A stretch of DNA of 64,000 nucleotides, taken from Callorhinchus milii (Eukaryota). Position numbers and translations under genes: made by a program. The notes beneath the pieces are model-generated. The model was not told the origin of the DNA. It saw nothing but the letters and a program-made list of their open reading frames with translations, and did not search any database. Numbering within the stretch: position 1 is the first letter of the stretch; the number at the start of each line of letters is the position of its first letter. The DNA lies in NCBI RefSeq assembly GCF_018977255.1, contig NW_024704743.1, forward strand, positions 64,544,001 to 64,608,000, written 5' to 3'. Below are positions 37,424 through 50,616 of this stretch, in pieces.

Positions 37424-37989
37424 AAAACATTCTCTAAACAGCTTTGTGAATTCTGGTAAAAAATGGTGATCAAGACAGATACTTTGGACGTAAGGATATT
37501 AAAGGATAGAGAGAAAGGGCAGGGAAATGAGATGAAAAGATCTACAATGATCTAATAACTGGCATAGCAGCCTAGACAGGTTGAATAGTCTCCTCCCATT
37601 TCTATGTTTGGCAGCTTGGTAATTGCTTGTTAAAGCAGTCTTGAACAAATCCCTGTTAACACACACTGTTTTTTCATTAAAATCTAAAATTAGCCAAATG
37701 CCCTTATCCTGAATGCAAGTTAAAGCTCATCTTTCAATTCATAGCATGAGTGGGTAGAGCTGCCATACAATACTTTACAAAACAAACAAGTTGCTGCACA
37801 GAGAAACTATTATGATCACATATAGGAACAAATAAAATATTTTATTGCCTACTGATGTCTGAGTTTCAGAAGCTTGTGCTGTCTTTTTGTTCCATGATTG
37901 GAAAGATAAACATGGATTTGTTCTTCCTTCAAACCTACCTTGTAATCAAAATGAAGAAAACATTTTGGCCTGTTTAATCTTATCCTTAT

Positions 37990-38303
37990 AGAACACCATC
38001 CCTACTGTCTTCCCTACTGTGCCCTCTTGTCTTTCTCCCTCGGCATATCTGAAAGTATTATTTGATATTCACTTTATAAATCTCATTAAGCATCTTATAT
38101 GCCTCTAAGTTCTCCTTTGCAACAATTCATTTGAAGGCTGCAGAGTCCAAGCTTATCTAATCATTTACCTTAGCTCATCTCTCCAGAACTGAGGATCAGC
38201 CACTTGCTTTCCTCGATATTGCCTCCAGGGGCCCCTTATGTCATGGTGACCAGAACTCTCTGCAATACCTAACCAAAGCACTGTACAACTGAAGCATAAC
38301 GTC
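37990..38303 (-). mobile_element. Old CR1 RT fragment
   Basis: Reverse of MLQLYSALVR and EFWSP motifs. Confidence 0.55.
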
Positions 38304-38342
38304 TACAACAACTTACATTTACATGGTGTCTTTCATGTAGGG

Positions 38343-38660
38343 TAATAATAATAATAATAGTAATAATCCTTGCATTTGGTATAGCGATTTTCACGTCTTC
38401 TAGATATTTCAAAGGGCTTCACAGAATATACTGCAAAGTGAATTGACTGTATATTTGTCACCAAAACGCAGCAGCCAATTGCGCACAGCAGTGTCCCACA
38501 AGCAGTCGTGGATTGAGTGACCAATTTATTATTGATTTTTTTGTTGAAGGATTATTATTAGGCGTGTGGAGTAAAGAAAGTTACCCAAAGTTTTGGAATC
38601 GAACCCAGGTCTCTCGTTTGCGAGGCGAGTGCTCTAACCACTGAGCTACAGGACTCCACT
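38343..38660 (-). mobile_element. SINE subfamily A inserted in an L2 tail; 7-bp TSD gggtaat
   Basis: gggtaat at 38340-38346 and 38663-38669; L2 tail sequence on both sides. Confidence 0.93.
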
Positions 38661-38786
38661 TTGGGTAATGTTTCAAAGCATTACAGAGGTGGTCCCAAGA
38701 CACCAAGCAATGAGGAAAGTGGGGGAGGTGGTAGATGACCATAGAGGTGGTTGAAGGGGTAGGTTATCAGAGGTTTTTAAAATATT

Positions 38787-39212
38787 AGCTTGGTTCAATC
38801 AGCAGCAATATTGCTCTGAGTCAGAAAGTTGTGAGTCCAAGCTCCACATTGGGACTTTGAGCTCACAGTCTAGGATGTTACTCTAATGTAGTGCTGGAGG
38901 AATGCTTCATTGTTGGAATTGTGTTTTTTGAATAAGATGTTACATTTAGATCCCATCTGGCAGTTCGGGTGGACATTAAAGATCCTATGGGCCTATTTGA
39001 AAAGATAAGAGGGTCTCTCTTGATATCCTGATTATCAATCACCCAGATTTTTTTTTAAAAATTAGTCATTCACTTCATGACTTGTGGGATATTGCTGTGC
39101 ACAAATTGACTGCCACATTTGCCTTCAAATATACAGTCACTGTATTTTACAGAAAACTCTGAGAAGTGTTTTGAGAGGTAATAAGGCACGATATCAAACC
39201 TAAGGATTGTTA
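38787..39212 (+). mobile_element. Older DeuSINE, full length
   Basis: Head agcttggttcaatc...ctctgagtcagaaagttg, Deu core, tail. Confidence 0.85.
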
Positions 39213-40914
39213 TATTCAAAGAAAGATAGAAAAGGGAGGAGGTGGAGGGCTTCAGGGAGAAGGTCGAGACATATTGACTGAAGCCCGGTCACCAATGGTG
39301 GAGTAGAGAGAGTGAGGAATATGCACGTTTGCCAAACAAAGGAGCCAGGGTGTCTTCTAAGGATCTGAACTAAACTGATTTGACAATGTAGCATCCTGTT
39401 TTCTTTGCTTTTTGTTGCTTCACACTATCTTGATATGGTGAACAATGAGTCAATTAACACCCCTAGGTCTCTTTCAACTTCACTCTTGGCAAGATCTACA
39501 TGGGACCTATGTGCAGTAACTTTCATTTCATGGCTACGTTGGAACTTTACTGTGCGCAAATTGACTGCCATGTTTGCCCACAACTACACCGTCACTACAC
39601 TTTACAGTACATCCTGTGAAGGACTTTGAGACATCAGCCTGATATGACAGGCGCTATCTCAAATGGAAAGATTATTATTATTTATCTGAGTAAACTTTTT
39701 TTTCTACGATTAGTTCAGGTGAGCACGCTGTTGAGCTCTCTTTGTAAGATCTTGGCTTCTTTTCTGATTCCAAAATTCCCCTAACTTGGTGCCATCTGCA
39801 AATATAACTTGTGCTGAGTGTGAATTCAGGTCATTTTTGTGTAGTGGGACCTGAAGATATGCTGGCGCAGCAGGATTTATAGACACTATGCACAGGTGTC
39901 ATTGAAATGTGAAGTGAGCTGAATACCTCCTTCCTGAATATGGGCTGTAACGCAGCTTGCAATTTATAGGATGGATAGTTGCATCTGTTACAATTTGCAA
40001 AACAAAACAAGTAGCTGCATGGTTCAAGCTGTTATTTTCATATGTTAAAGATTTAATTGCCCAATTCTGTTTGTATTTCAGCCCATCAAAACTTATCATG
40101 CTCCACAATCTACTGTGAAGGGTGTTATGTAAATGCAATTCATGGATCAAAACACTGGGTTGCTGGTTAGTGCAATTTTGGGTTAATTCTGAAGTCTAAT
40201 GAGTGCTGCAGTCAGCTTCAGACCCAACCGTTGCAATGTAGGTAGCAATATGGAGTCACACCTGCCAATCAATGTCTTTAGTTGCAGACATTGTCAGAAA
40301 TTTTGAACATAGTAATAATTAACACCCATTTTATAATTATTGTCAGTGTTAGGTAACACATCCACGTATATTACAGTATCCACATGAACAAAAGTGACTG
40401 AGACAGTAAAGACATGCTGTAAATGCCAATGTTTCTGAAGTACAAGAGGTGATAGACCTGATGTATCCATCAGAGATCCCACCGCAATCTGTTAGATTTT
40501 AATAAAGAGAAAAGATGAGATTTCTCTTTTCATGAAATTTAATGATTCTTCTGAAGTTCATCCTTTTCTATCGGTGTGTAGTTGAATTGGTGTATCATTT
40601 TATATATACCCAGACAAAGAAATGGAAAATCTAATGGAAAAATTTAAGGAATCATATGGAAGTATAGACGTCACAACTTGAGCTGACTGGAAATAATTTG
40701 CATGTATTGTTATAGTTTGCTTACTTGTTGGAAATTAATTGAATTCACTGCGAGCTAGAGATAATCACAAACAATATAGGGATAAAACCGTATCATCCAT
40801 TTCTCTAATCCCTACAACAAAAGAGGAATGCGAAATTGCCCAATTACAAATTAATTCTACTATTAAAAATATGTAAGATCAATTTTCAGTTGAAAGTCAA
40901 GTTTTTACATAAAA

Positions 40915-41345
40915 TTGTGTGCTAGCCAGTTGCTATCACACTCACCTCAGAGTCAGGAGGTTATGGGCTTAAGGTCCCTGTTCAGGTTGATGTTAAAGAT
41001 CCAATGGCACTATTCGAAAAGAGAAGGGAGTTTCTCCCGGTGTCCTGGCCAACAATCCCCCAAATAAAATTGGTCATTCACTTCATGGCTGTTTGTGGGA
41101 CATTGCTGTGAATAAATTGTCCTCCCCATTCATCTTCAAAATACACAGTCAATACATTTTCACCCACAAAATACACAGTCAATTCACTTTACAGTATATC
41201 CTGTGAAGCACTTTGAGATGTCTCAATGACGTGATAAGGCGCTATATCAAATGCAAGGATTAGGATTATTATTATTATTATGTCACTGAGGCACAAGACA
41301 TTTCAATGATGTGATAAGGCGCAATATCAAATGTAAGGATTATAT
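40915..41345 (+). mobile_element. DeuSINE with internal deletion, internal duplication and doubled tail
   Basis: caaaatacacagtcaat occurs twice (41137-41185); second tail copy at about 41295-41345. Confidence 0.85.
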
Positions 41346-43039
41346 AATTATTAACTGGTCATGGCGGAAGAGGTAAAACCTGAACCTGAACATTCATTAC
41401 TGACACTATAGGAACAATCCTAATAATAAATTATTAAATTTGGGAATGCAGCTATTCATGATTGTTCAGTATTTCACTTCCAATATAAACAGATAGTAGA
41501 TTTAGTCAGGCTCTTTCTGCAGGTGATAACAATGGAGGTTCAGCTGAAGATTACCCTTTGAACCATTTGGTTTCAGCCAGTTTAATATAACTGGATCCAA
41601 ATCAAGGGTGTGTTATGAGCTACTTTATTTGTCAATCAAAACACTCATAAATCCGCCACTCTAAACCACACCTTGTTCCACTCCTAGTGTAATTTGTGTA
41701 TTTCCTGCTTTTCTTTTTATTGGGCCCTTTTGTTAATTGGCAATTTACTCTTAAAGGAGTATCCAACACTAGGCACTGTTTTCCTATTATGCCAACAAAC
41801 TGTTCCAGTGACCCAGACTTTACACCTGGTCATCCATTACAGCTCCTGACCACCCTCAGTATATAGACTTCCTGGTATCTGACCTGAAATTGCCCTTCAC
41901 AACAACAACAAATTGCATTTGTATAGTGTTTTTCATGTCAGGAGGACAAGCCAAGGCATTTAACAGTCAAGGGTTTGCACAACACTGAAACTATGCCTTC
42001 TTGTCATGGTCCTTCAGCACATACACAATTAGCATTAGCTGGACAATTATCAGTAGCTAGAATGAGCTCTTCTCAAGAGCCTATTTCAATACAAAATATT
42101 CTCAATCCCCCCAAAATATTAAGTGAGACCATCTTTGAACAGATGAACATTGGACAATTAATCAATTGGGTGGTATTAATAAATTAATTTAACCTCTAGA
42201 GCTCGGATGCAAATAGAAGGGAGCAAGGGATGAATTGAATACTGCCTCTTCTGTGAAATGAATGGGACACTGTACTTATTGAACTGTGAATTTTGAATCA
42301 CAAAATGGTCCTCACTCATGGCCAAAACCTCCTCAGTTCACACTGAAATCACAGAATATTGCAAAAAAAAGTTTTATCACAAGCTCCAAGAGAACACTCA
42401 TGATTCTTGCTTGTTGCAAACACTAAACAAAGATAATGATTGTATAATCACAGACTTTTCACTAAAATAAACTCTAATCATACTAGCTTATGAATGTTCA
42501 CAGTCGAAAAATAAACACGGATATCTTCCAACAACAGGACAATAAGTTTTAATTTATGTTCTTTAAAAGAAGTAAAATTGACTTTTGAGTGTAAGAATTA
42601 CAGATCTATCTTTTTGTTTGCATTCACCTCAATTATCCTGATCTTTAAATTATACAGTTATCTTAAATGTTCTTCCTTCAGAGAAAGAGAGATTTTTCAA
42701 AAAAAAGTAGGTTATCAATCTGAATACAGAAGAGACCTTAAACATGATGCAGGAGAAAAATCACAAAACTGTTCTTGGGAAATAAATAGATTGGTGTGGG
42801 TTCTTTTATACCTGATCTGTGGAAGGAATGTATTTAACAAACCAAATTTTAAAGGATGTTGAAACATCTTCCTCCAGCAGATGGATGTTATTGGATACTA
42901 TGGTTACCTTTTGGAATTACTGCATTAATTCAGTATCATGTCTAAGGAAATGCCATTCTAACAATGTAATGGAAAGGTCACTCGGTTTAGAGATCGTGAC
43001 ACAACCCAGTAAATAAGAATTTTGAAACAGAAGTCATAC

Positions 43040-43505
43040 AGGTAAAGGTTGCAAACTTTTCAAACTGTGCAAACATTCATTTGGAGATTATTAGAGTATA
43101 AATCTGAGCAGAGAGAAACGATGAAAGTATTTTGAATTAAGCATCAGCCCAAATCTAGTTTGACTTTCTCAATAGATGAGACAAGGGAAAGGACATGAAT
43201 CTTTACCCCACTATTTTTGTTGAAAAGGTTCAGTCTTGAAAGGAGACATCTCAGAGGAGACCTTACACAGAGATATAACATTTTAAATGGGATTGAAAAA
43301 GTAAACCCAGAACTATTTCTTAATGGGAGTTTAATTAACAATGGGAGCAAGTTGTCAAGAGGTGAGGTTGAAGCCAGGAAACTGATTTAAAAAAATATAG
43401 GCTATGATGAGAAGGTGGTAGGTGGGTATTCTGGAAGGATGGGATTTAATGGGCCAAAGGGCCTTGTTCATCCGAACGAATCTCGTGATCCTGTGTTTCT
43501 ATGAA
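43040..43505 (+). mobile_element. Old CR1 3' fragment
   Basis: FSLERRHLRGDL...YNILNGIEKV and 3' UTR. Confidence 0.7.
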
Positions 43506-44934
43506 TGAAGGACAAAACTGCTGCTGGTGACTTCTCCATTCCTATTTTGATTAAATTGCAGGCAGATGCAGTGATTAAGCAGTGTTATTTATTCATTTTC
43601 AATGTAATGGATATGTTATTTCTTGCCTTCAATTGATATTGAGTGGTGTTTTATTGTTAGTTTGCAGGTCATACTATATTCATTTGATTCTGGGAACAAA
43701 ATGAAGATGATTTTCAGTTTTCTACAATTGATGTGATTTAAATGGCAGCTAACAAAATCGAAACCCATTCATGAATGACACGTTAATGTTCATTTAGTGA
43801 CCCCAGCTATTCGCGCTGATAGAAACTGTTATTGTATTGCAGCAGATGGAAGCACCCAGTGTTGCTCTCGGCAACATGAATTCTGCTCATTCTGGGAAAT
43901 TGTAGACTAGGTCCCAGATTTCTAACCAAATTTCAAAATAAGGATAGCTCGATGACCTATATGAACTCAGCTCTGAAACAGATTGTAACATAGCATAATT
44001 TATATTGGTCTGACTGACGTACTTCCAGTTGTCGTAACGATGTGCAATTTATAAAGGAATCCCATTAGGTTTCTCACATTTTAGACATATTATTGGATGC
44101 AGCTTGCCGATAGTTAAATGACAATTCTCACTTTTTACTCTTCTAAATTAGGTGCTGGGCAGTGAAAGTGCGGTACTCTTTGTTCCAAGGAATAAGATTA
44201 CAGATAGGATAAGAGAGATGCAAATCTTCCAAATAGCTTTTGTCCTTGTCTAAATTTATTATATAACCATAAAAATGCATTATCACTGCTGTTGTTGTGT
44301 TTGTTAACTCCTTATTTGCATACAGATTCAGTACACAGTTGGATACCTTTACCAATGTAACTTTTGTCCATCATTTCTATTGCCACAAATCAAAGTAATA
44401 AGCTACAAGAGAATTGCATTATTTCATTTCTGCCTCATTGCACAGAATCAATTGTGAAGGATATCACATTTTGTCCTTTGAAGTGGAAATAATATCATAA
44501 ATAACAGTCCTCTGTGTGTCTCATGCACAAAATACATGCACTATTTCAGCCACGTGTTCATGCTTTTTTTTCGTTTGGGTTTATATAAGTTTATAGGAAC
44601 TATGATTCACAATACTACTACTGTACTGTTTTTCGTAACAGAAGAGAACGAATGAATACTGATCACTTAAACTGAAGGAATGAAAAGTTTTACTGTGAGA
44701 CACACTGAATCTGTAATCTACACAATGAATAAGAGAGACTGCACAAGTCACAAGAATGGATGGGTTGTAGAATCCCAGGGAAATTCCACATATGTGGAAA
44801 TCTCACTCTGACTTGGATACCCTTAATCATGTGTTTTTGACTGTGAAAGTTTTCACATGTGAAATCGCACTTCCTAGTATGCTTACTAATGTATTCACTT
44901 CAGATTGCCAAGTATTTTCAAATAAGTTAATAAA

Positions 44935-45100
44935 AGAAATAATGATCCTTGCATTTGATGGGAGGTCATCAGGAGCATGTGCCAAACCACTTCACAGGAT
45001 TTACTGTGAAGTGTAGTGACTATATTTTGCAGGTGAACAACACAACAAATTTGTTCACAGCAGTGTTCCACAAATAGCTATAAAGTGAATGACCAATTTA
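44935..45100 (-). mobile_element. SINE 3' fragment
   Basis: atccttgcatttgat tail, cttcacaggatttactg. Confidence 0.7.
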
Positions 45101-45404
45101 AAATGAATTATTCTTATTATTTAATTACTGCACAAACTCAGCAGCTGCTTTAGTTCTTCCAGTGTTTATATGTCAGCTTGGTTCAGTTGGAAACGCTCTC
45201 ACCCCAGAGTCAGAAGGATTTTCAGGACCGTGGGAATGCACAGGACCAGAAAAGACCATTGCCAGTCCAATTATAATGCTCTTCATTGTAGTGCCAGTTA
45301 TTGATTATTTGCTGTGCAAGTGCATGTCCGACCAGCTGACTTCCTGTATACTGGCTGGCTCCCGCACTTAATAATAATGTTAATCCTGGCCTTTGTTGTA
45401 GTGC

Positions 45405-45785
45405 TTTGTATTGCCTGCTCGCTGGACTTCCCAACTCTTCCCTCCACAAACTGCAGATTATTCAGAACTCTGCAGCTCGTGTCCTCTCCTGCACCAGACT
45501 CCAGGAGCTTATCACTCCCTGTTCTTGGCTGGCTCCACTGACTCCCTCAAGAAAATTTAGTACAAAATCCTGTACTCACCTCCAAGGTTCTCCACGGTCT
45601 TGCTCCCCATTAACTCTCCGACCTGATAACCCCATATCAGCCTGTCCGCTCCCTCCGTTCGGCGGACACCAGCCTGCTTCAGGTCCCCCGCAGTTCCCGC
45701 TCAACCATTGGCGGTCAGCCATTCAGCATCTCTGCCCCCACACTCTGGAACTCTATCCTGCAATTCCTCCGTCTCTCCCTCTCTC
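45405..45785 (+). mobile_element. L2 3' fragment
   Basis: LLAGLPNSSLHKLQIIQNSAARVL. Confidence 0.9.
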
Positions 45786-45789
45786 TTGT

Positions 45790-46130
45790 GAAATGCGGCA
45801 GCTAATTGTACACAGGTGGCCATTTGCACACAGTTATGTCCCACAAACAACCATGAAGTGAATGATTTTATTTCGGGGTTGGTTACCAGAACATGAGGAG
45901 AAACTCCCTTTACTTTTGGAAGAGTGCATAAGATATTTAATGCCCACCTCAGGAGACAGACTGAACCTTGGATTAACGTCATGACCAAAGAACAGCACCT
46001 CTAACAATGCAGCACCTCCCCAGCATTGTACTGGAATGTCAACCTAAGCTGTAAACTCAAACTCGCTATGTGGGCTAAACAACCTTGTTCATCCAGAGGC
46101 AAGAATGCTACCAATTGAGCCAGGCTGACA
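45790..46130 (-). mobile_element. Older DeuSINE lacking its tail
   Basis: Head gtcagcctggctcaattggtagcattcttgcctctg; Deu core. Confidence 0.8.
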
Positions 46131-46409
46131 CAGCACAAAGAAAATAATACTGTTGATAACCTGGTGACCTGGAAGTCTGCCATTTGGCTTCACCAACACT
46201 AAAAACAACTGACATTAGGTCATCAGGTCACCACTGACAACACTTATTGAATTGCACATGTGCAGTGTACAAGAAGTGATATCTATCGTAATGTAATATC
46301 CCAGAAATTGGCCATTTTGGGTTTCAAGCGGCAATCAACAAGCCTGCGGGAAGTGAGGCAGACACCTCTGTGCATGCGCAATGAAACTGGAGAACCCTGC
46401 CTCAGTATA

Positions 46410-46650
46410 ATTGGTGGGTGAGCTTTCAGCCATTCTACCCCCACCCCACCCTCTCTGGAACTCCATTCTGGATTCCCTCCTTCTCATACCCTCTTTCACT
46501 GCCATAAATCTTACCTTTTTGGCCGCACTTTCAGTCATCTTCCCTCCCACTCCTCAGCTCCTATTCCCACCCTCAACTCAGGCTTCTAGCAGCTGAGTCA
46601 CATACTGAGATGTCCTCCTGATGTGAAAAGAGCCAAATAAATGTAAATTG
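46410..46650 (+). mobile_element. L2 3' tail fragment
   Basis: ggtgggtgagctttcagccattct...ctctggaactcc...gatgtgaaaag. Confidence 0.75.
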
Positions 46651-47869
46651 GTTTGTGAAATCGCCTATTAAGTAAAGTCTGAATTTAAGACACTTTTCCA
46701 AAATTTCATAATCCTTAAGACAATGAAAAATACTTCCCACTCTTTACCATTCTCTGTGTACACTCCCCCCCCCCGTCACCCCCATAATCTCTCTCAGTGA
46801 AATTAATTGCCAGTTTAGTCTTGAATTAAGAATGTTAGATTTCATACAAGGCCTTGGCGACAGATTATCAATATGTGAATGACTGGTGAACCTTTTAATT
46901 CTGGTGCTCCAGTCAATAACACATTAGCAATAGCAGCTTGACATGCCCAACCATTGCGGAGTGGCTTTGATTTATATTTCATCTGCAATCAGTGATTAAA
47001 AAGGACAGACCAAAATAAAATAGAAATGGCAGTCTGTGTCAGGCATTTATCCTTTTTTTTGCTTTGCAGAAACAAGTTAATAATGGGGAAGGTTCATTAG
47101 AAGGCAGACCAGATTCTAATAACTCAATCTCAATGATGTTATCACAATGCTTGCTGCTCTGCAATGTAGTCTCAGTCCTTCAGTGCAGAGCTAATTACCA
47201 ATCACTGTGTGAAAATAGTCTTTAGCCAATTGTTTGCAGTTTCATCCGCTTTGTCACACCATCACCATTGGCTGTGCGGTGATGGAGGATAGAGGATTAT
47301 ACATAGAATATTGGATGTTTAACTATTGGCTCATAAATCAAACGGCAGGGTTAAAAAGGTAATGTTTCCTAGCAGATTTGATGTGATAGTTATCATATCT
47401 CACATCAAATCTCTTAGGCAACATTGATATTTTCACCTCAATTAACATCACTTGTTAGGTTTACGCAACAATAAACAACACTGCATCTTGGTATTTTATA
47501 CAACTCTTATACAGCTCTGGTGAATACATTAGTTAGCCCACGAGGACATGGAATTCCATAATTTGCTTTGATCAGTAGAGTGTTTGACACATATGGAAAA
47601 CTACCATGCTTAAGTGTGAAAAGTTCTGATGGAAAGTTCCAGATTTTTCGGTCAGTTGAGAGTCGGTCACTTGCAGGAACCCAGCACCATGCTTAAGAGT
47701 ATCCAAACCAAACTGAGTGGGACTGATCCCTTTGCCTCTTACAATGTTTTCTGTTGAACCGTGCAGAGCCATATATTTGCACTTTAAGTAACCACTACCA
47801 TATCTCACTGGGAAACCCAGTGCAACAAGTCCCCAGGTGAGTCTGCCAGCAGAGTTCCACAAATAATAA

Positions 47870-48034
47870 TCTCACTCACTCCATGACTTTTTTGGTGGAC
47901 ACTGCTATGAGAAATTGACTGCCACGTTTCGCCTACAAAATACACAGTTACTGCACTTTACAGTATATTCTGTGAAGCACTCTGAGACTCTTCATGTGAT
48001 AAGGTGCTATATCAAATGCAAGGGTTATTATTAT
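47870..48034 (+). mobile_element. SINE 3' half
   Basis: gccacgtttcgcctacaaaatacacag...atcaaatgcaagggttattatt. Confidence 0.85.
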
Positions 48035-48041
48035 CTACAAA

Positions 48042-48270
48042 TGGAAATTTCGCTGTATTTGGAATTGAATGTGCACTCTGTCTCTCTAAGGAGGGATACA
48101 CCTGCTTACCTGATTCTGGAGAATATTAGGCACAGGCTGACAAGAGCAAAGGCTTGGGGATTCCCAGAGTATGTGTTGAGGTACTGCTGCAGTTTAACCA
48201 GCTAAAACCACAAGTATGTAGTTATTGAGAGCACTGTCTAGTAAGCTTGTCCAGTTAAGACCATCCTCAG
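48042..48270 (+). repeat. Unclassified repeat family X, copy 4
   Basis: tggaaattttcgctgtatttggaattg...ctggagaatattaggcacagg...gtactgctgcagtttaaccagc. Confidence 0.75.
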
Positions 48271-48274
48271 AGCA

Positions 48275-48620
48275 CTTAACAGTGGCAGATATTGACACTG
48301 AGCAAGGGAGAGGGGGGAGGTGACCATAGGTATGGTCGAAGAGGAAGGTTTTCAGGTGTGATCTGAAAGCAGACAAGGCAGAGGAATTGAGGCAGAGAAT
48401 TCCAGAGCCTTAGGCTTAGTGGCTGAAGGCACGTTGCCAATGGAGAAGCAGAGGAACCAAGAGATGTATAGGAGATCAGAGTCATCTGAGCGAAAGTGTT
48501 GAATAGATTAGTGGGGTGTAAGTAGATCAAAGAAGTGGGACGTCCTCCCGACGTGAAAAGCGCTATATCAAATGCAAGGATTATTATTATTATTATTATT
48601 AAGTGGAGACCTGATAGCGA
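48275..48620 (-). mobile_element. Old L2 3' fragment carrying a tail-only SINE insertion (48539-48600, + strand)
   Basis: SAFRSHLKTFLFD, RLWNSLPQ; aagtgg duplicated at 48533-48538 and 48601-48606. Confidence 0.8.
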
Positions 48621-49271
48621 AGCATTTCCAGCAATTCAAGCAATTCCAGAGAGAATCTATCACATTAATTGTTGAAATATTACTCTGCCGTCTGATGAAC
48701 AATGAATTATTATTGTAGTCATTTATGAACTGATTATACCGCACCTCAAGGCAACCAACAAAGAAATCTACATTATAATGTCATGAGTCTATTTTATTAG
48801 GCCATAAATGTTGATAATAAAGTGGCATTGACCCATAATCATGAAATTGAAATTATATTCCTTTCAAGCAGGCTTTTATAATACTATCTAATTACTAAAG
48901 TCTTACCTCCACAGTTGTTATTTAGTGATATACTGTATATTAGCTGAGTGGAAACTTGACGTAGAATTTGCCTCATGTTAAGCATTCTATTTGAAGAATG
49001 AAAAAAAACACTGGAGAAATATTGCAACAAATTCCCATTCATGACTTTTCTTCAGCAGTGCAATTTTGTCCTGAAATTGTCCTCTGACTGCAATAAACTT
49101 TTTATATAGCAGACCTCAGAGACAGAATCCTTTACAGATTGTATTTTTCCATTTAGTGTTTTTTTTGTTACTGGGATTAAATTTCTCACTTAATTAACAC
49201 CAGCCAATGTTCTACAAAACTAATGTCCTGCACAATTCCTGAATCTCCCCCTCCCGCTGTATAGTAAATAT

Positions 49272-49480
49272 ATTAATAATAATAATTCTTGCATTTGATA
49301 TAGCACTTTTTCACATCTTCTCAACACCTCAAAGCGCTTCACAGAATATACTGTAAAGTGAATTGACCGTATATTTGTGAGCGAAACACAGCAGCCAATT
49401 GCGCACAGCGGTGTCCCACAACAGTCGTGGATTGAAAATGACCAATTTATTGTTGTTGTTTTTTGGAGGGATTATTATTA
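49272..49480 (-). mobile_element. SINE subfamily A 3' two-thirds
   Basis: Tail through ataataatccctcc; no head. Confidence 0.9.
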
Positions 49481-49754
49481 ATTAAATGATTAAATGATTA
49501 TTAATAAAGTGACCAGCAGATCTTTATGTCTCAACAGTGTAATGGATGCCAAGCGATGTGTGAACCTTACAGAAACAAGACATATTTTCTAGTTTCACTG
49601 ATTGTTATTAGATATATAATAATAATAATCCTTGCATTTGATCTAGCACTCTTCGAGACGTCTCATGTTTGATATCTGTTTAGCTCAGTCTGTAGCATTT
49701 CCACTTTGTCACTTGTGTCTGTGGTTTGAAAGGTATGGGTTCAAGCCCCATGTT

Positions 49755-50616
49755 GGCAGAATGTCTGTCAGACATCAAGTCCTGGATGAGAGCTAACTTT
49801 CTACAGTTGAACGTCAACAAGACTGAGGCTCTCCTGATTGGCTCCTGTCAGCACCTCCATACCTCAGGCGTTGATAGAATCACCTTTCATAGTTGCACAC
49901 TCCACCTTATTAAGTCAGTCTGGAACCTTGGCATTTTGTTTCACCGTCAACTGTCCCTTCTATCCCACATCCATGCCATGACCCGCTCTGCCTTCCACAG
50001 CTCTGCAACATCACTCGGCTCCACCACTGCCTCTCTCCTCAGGCCTCCGAAACCCTCATCCATCCATTTATTACATCTAGGCTTGACTACGCCAACTCCC
50101 TGCTTGTCAGCCATCCCAACTCTTACCTCCAGAACTCTGCAGCTCGTGTCCTTTCCCTCACCAGGCTCCGTGACCCCATCATCCCCACTCTCACCCAGCT
50201 CCACTGGCTCCCCATCCCCCAGAGATAGAAATCAAAATCCTCATCCTTGCCAGCAAGGCCCTCCACGGCCTTGCCCCTCCCTACCTCTGCAACCTGTTGA
50301 GCTCTTATCAACCTGTCAAACTCCTTCCACTCAGCAGGCTGTGATCGGCTCCTCATCCTCCACCTGGCTTACCCCAACATCACCGGTCGGGCCTCCAACC
50401 TCTCTGAAAGCACCCTTTGGAACTCTATCCCACAGCCCCTTCATCTTGCTCCCTCCCTTGACTCCTTCAAGGCATGTCTCAATACTCCCTTCTTCAACCA
50501 TGCCTTTAGCCACCCTTCTACCCTCCTTGCCCTCCACCCCCTTGATCCAACCCCCTGCTCGGATCCAAATCCCTGACTGTCCAGAGCCTTGGGACATTCT
50601 TCTGACGTGAAAGGCC
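49755..50616 (+). mobile_element. L2 3' fragment inserted in an old DeuSINE
   Basis: [27 protein letters not shown]; tail gccttgggacattcttctgacgtgaaagg; SINE head upstream and SINE body downstream. Confidence 0.93.

Noticed and set aside
41385..41410. miR-181-like seed (aacattcatt)
   Set aside because: The sequence diverges after 10 nt and no complementary hairpin arm is visible
8565..49790. Apparent L2 truncation hotspot just upstream of the CLSDIKSWM motif (three fragments)
   Set aside because: There are only three cases, and one is bounded by a CR1 insertion; too weak to claim
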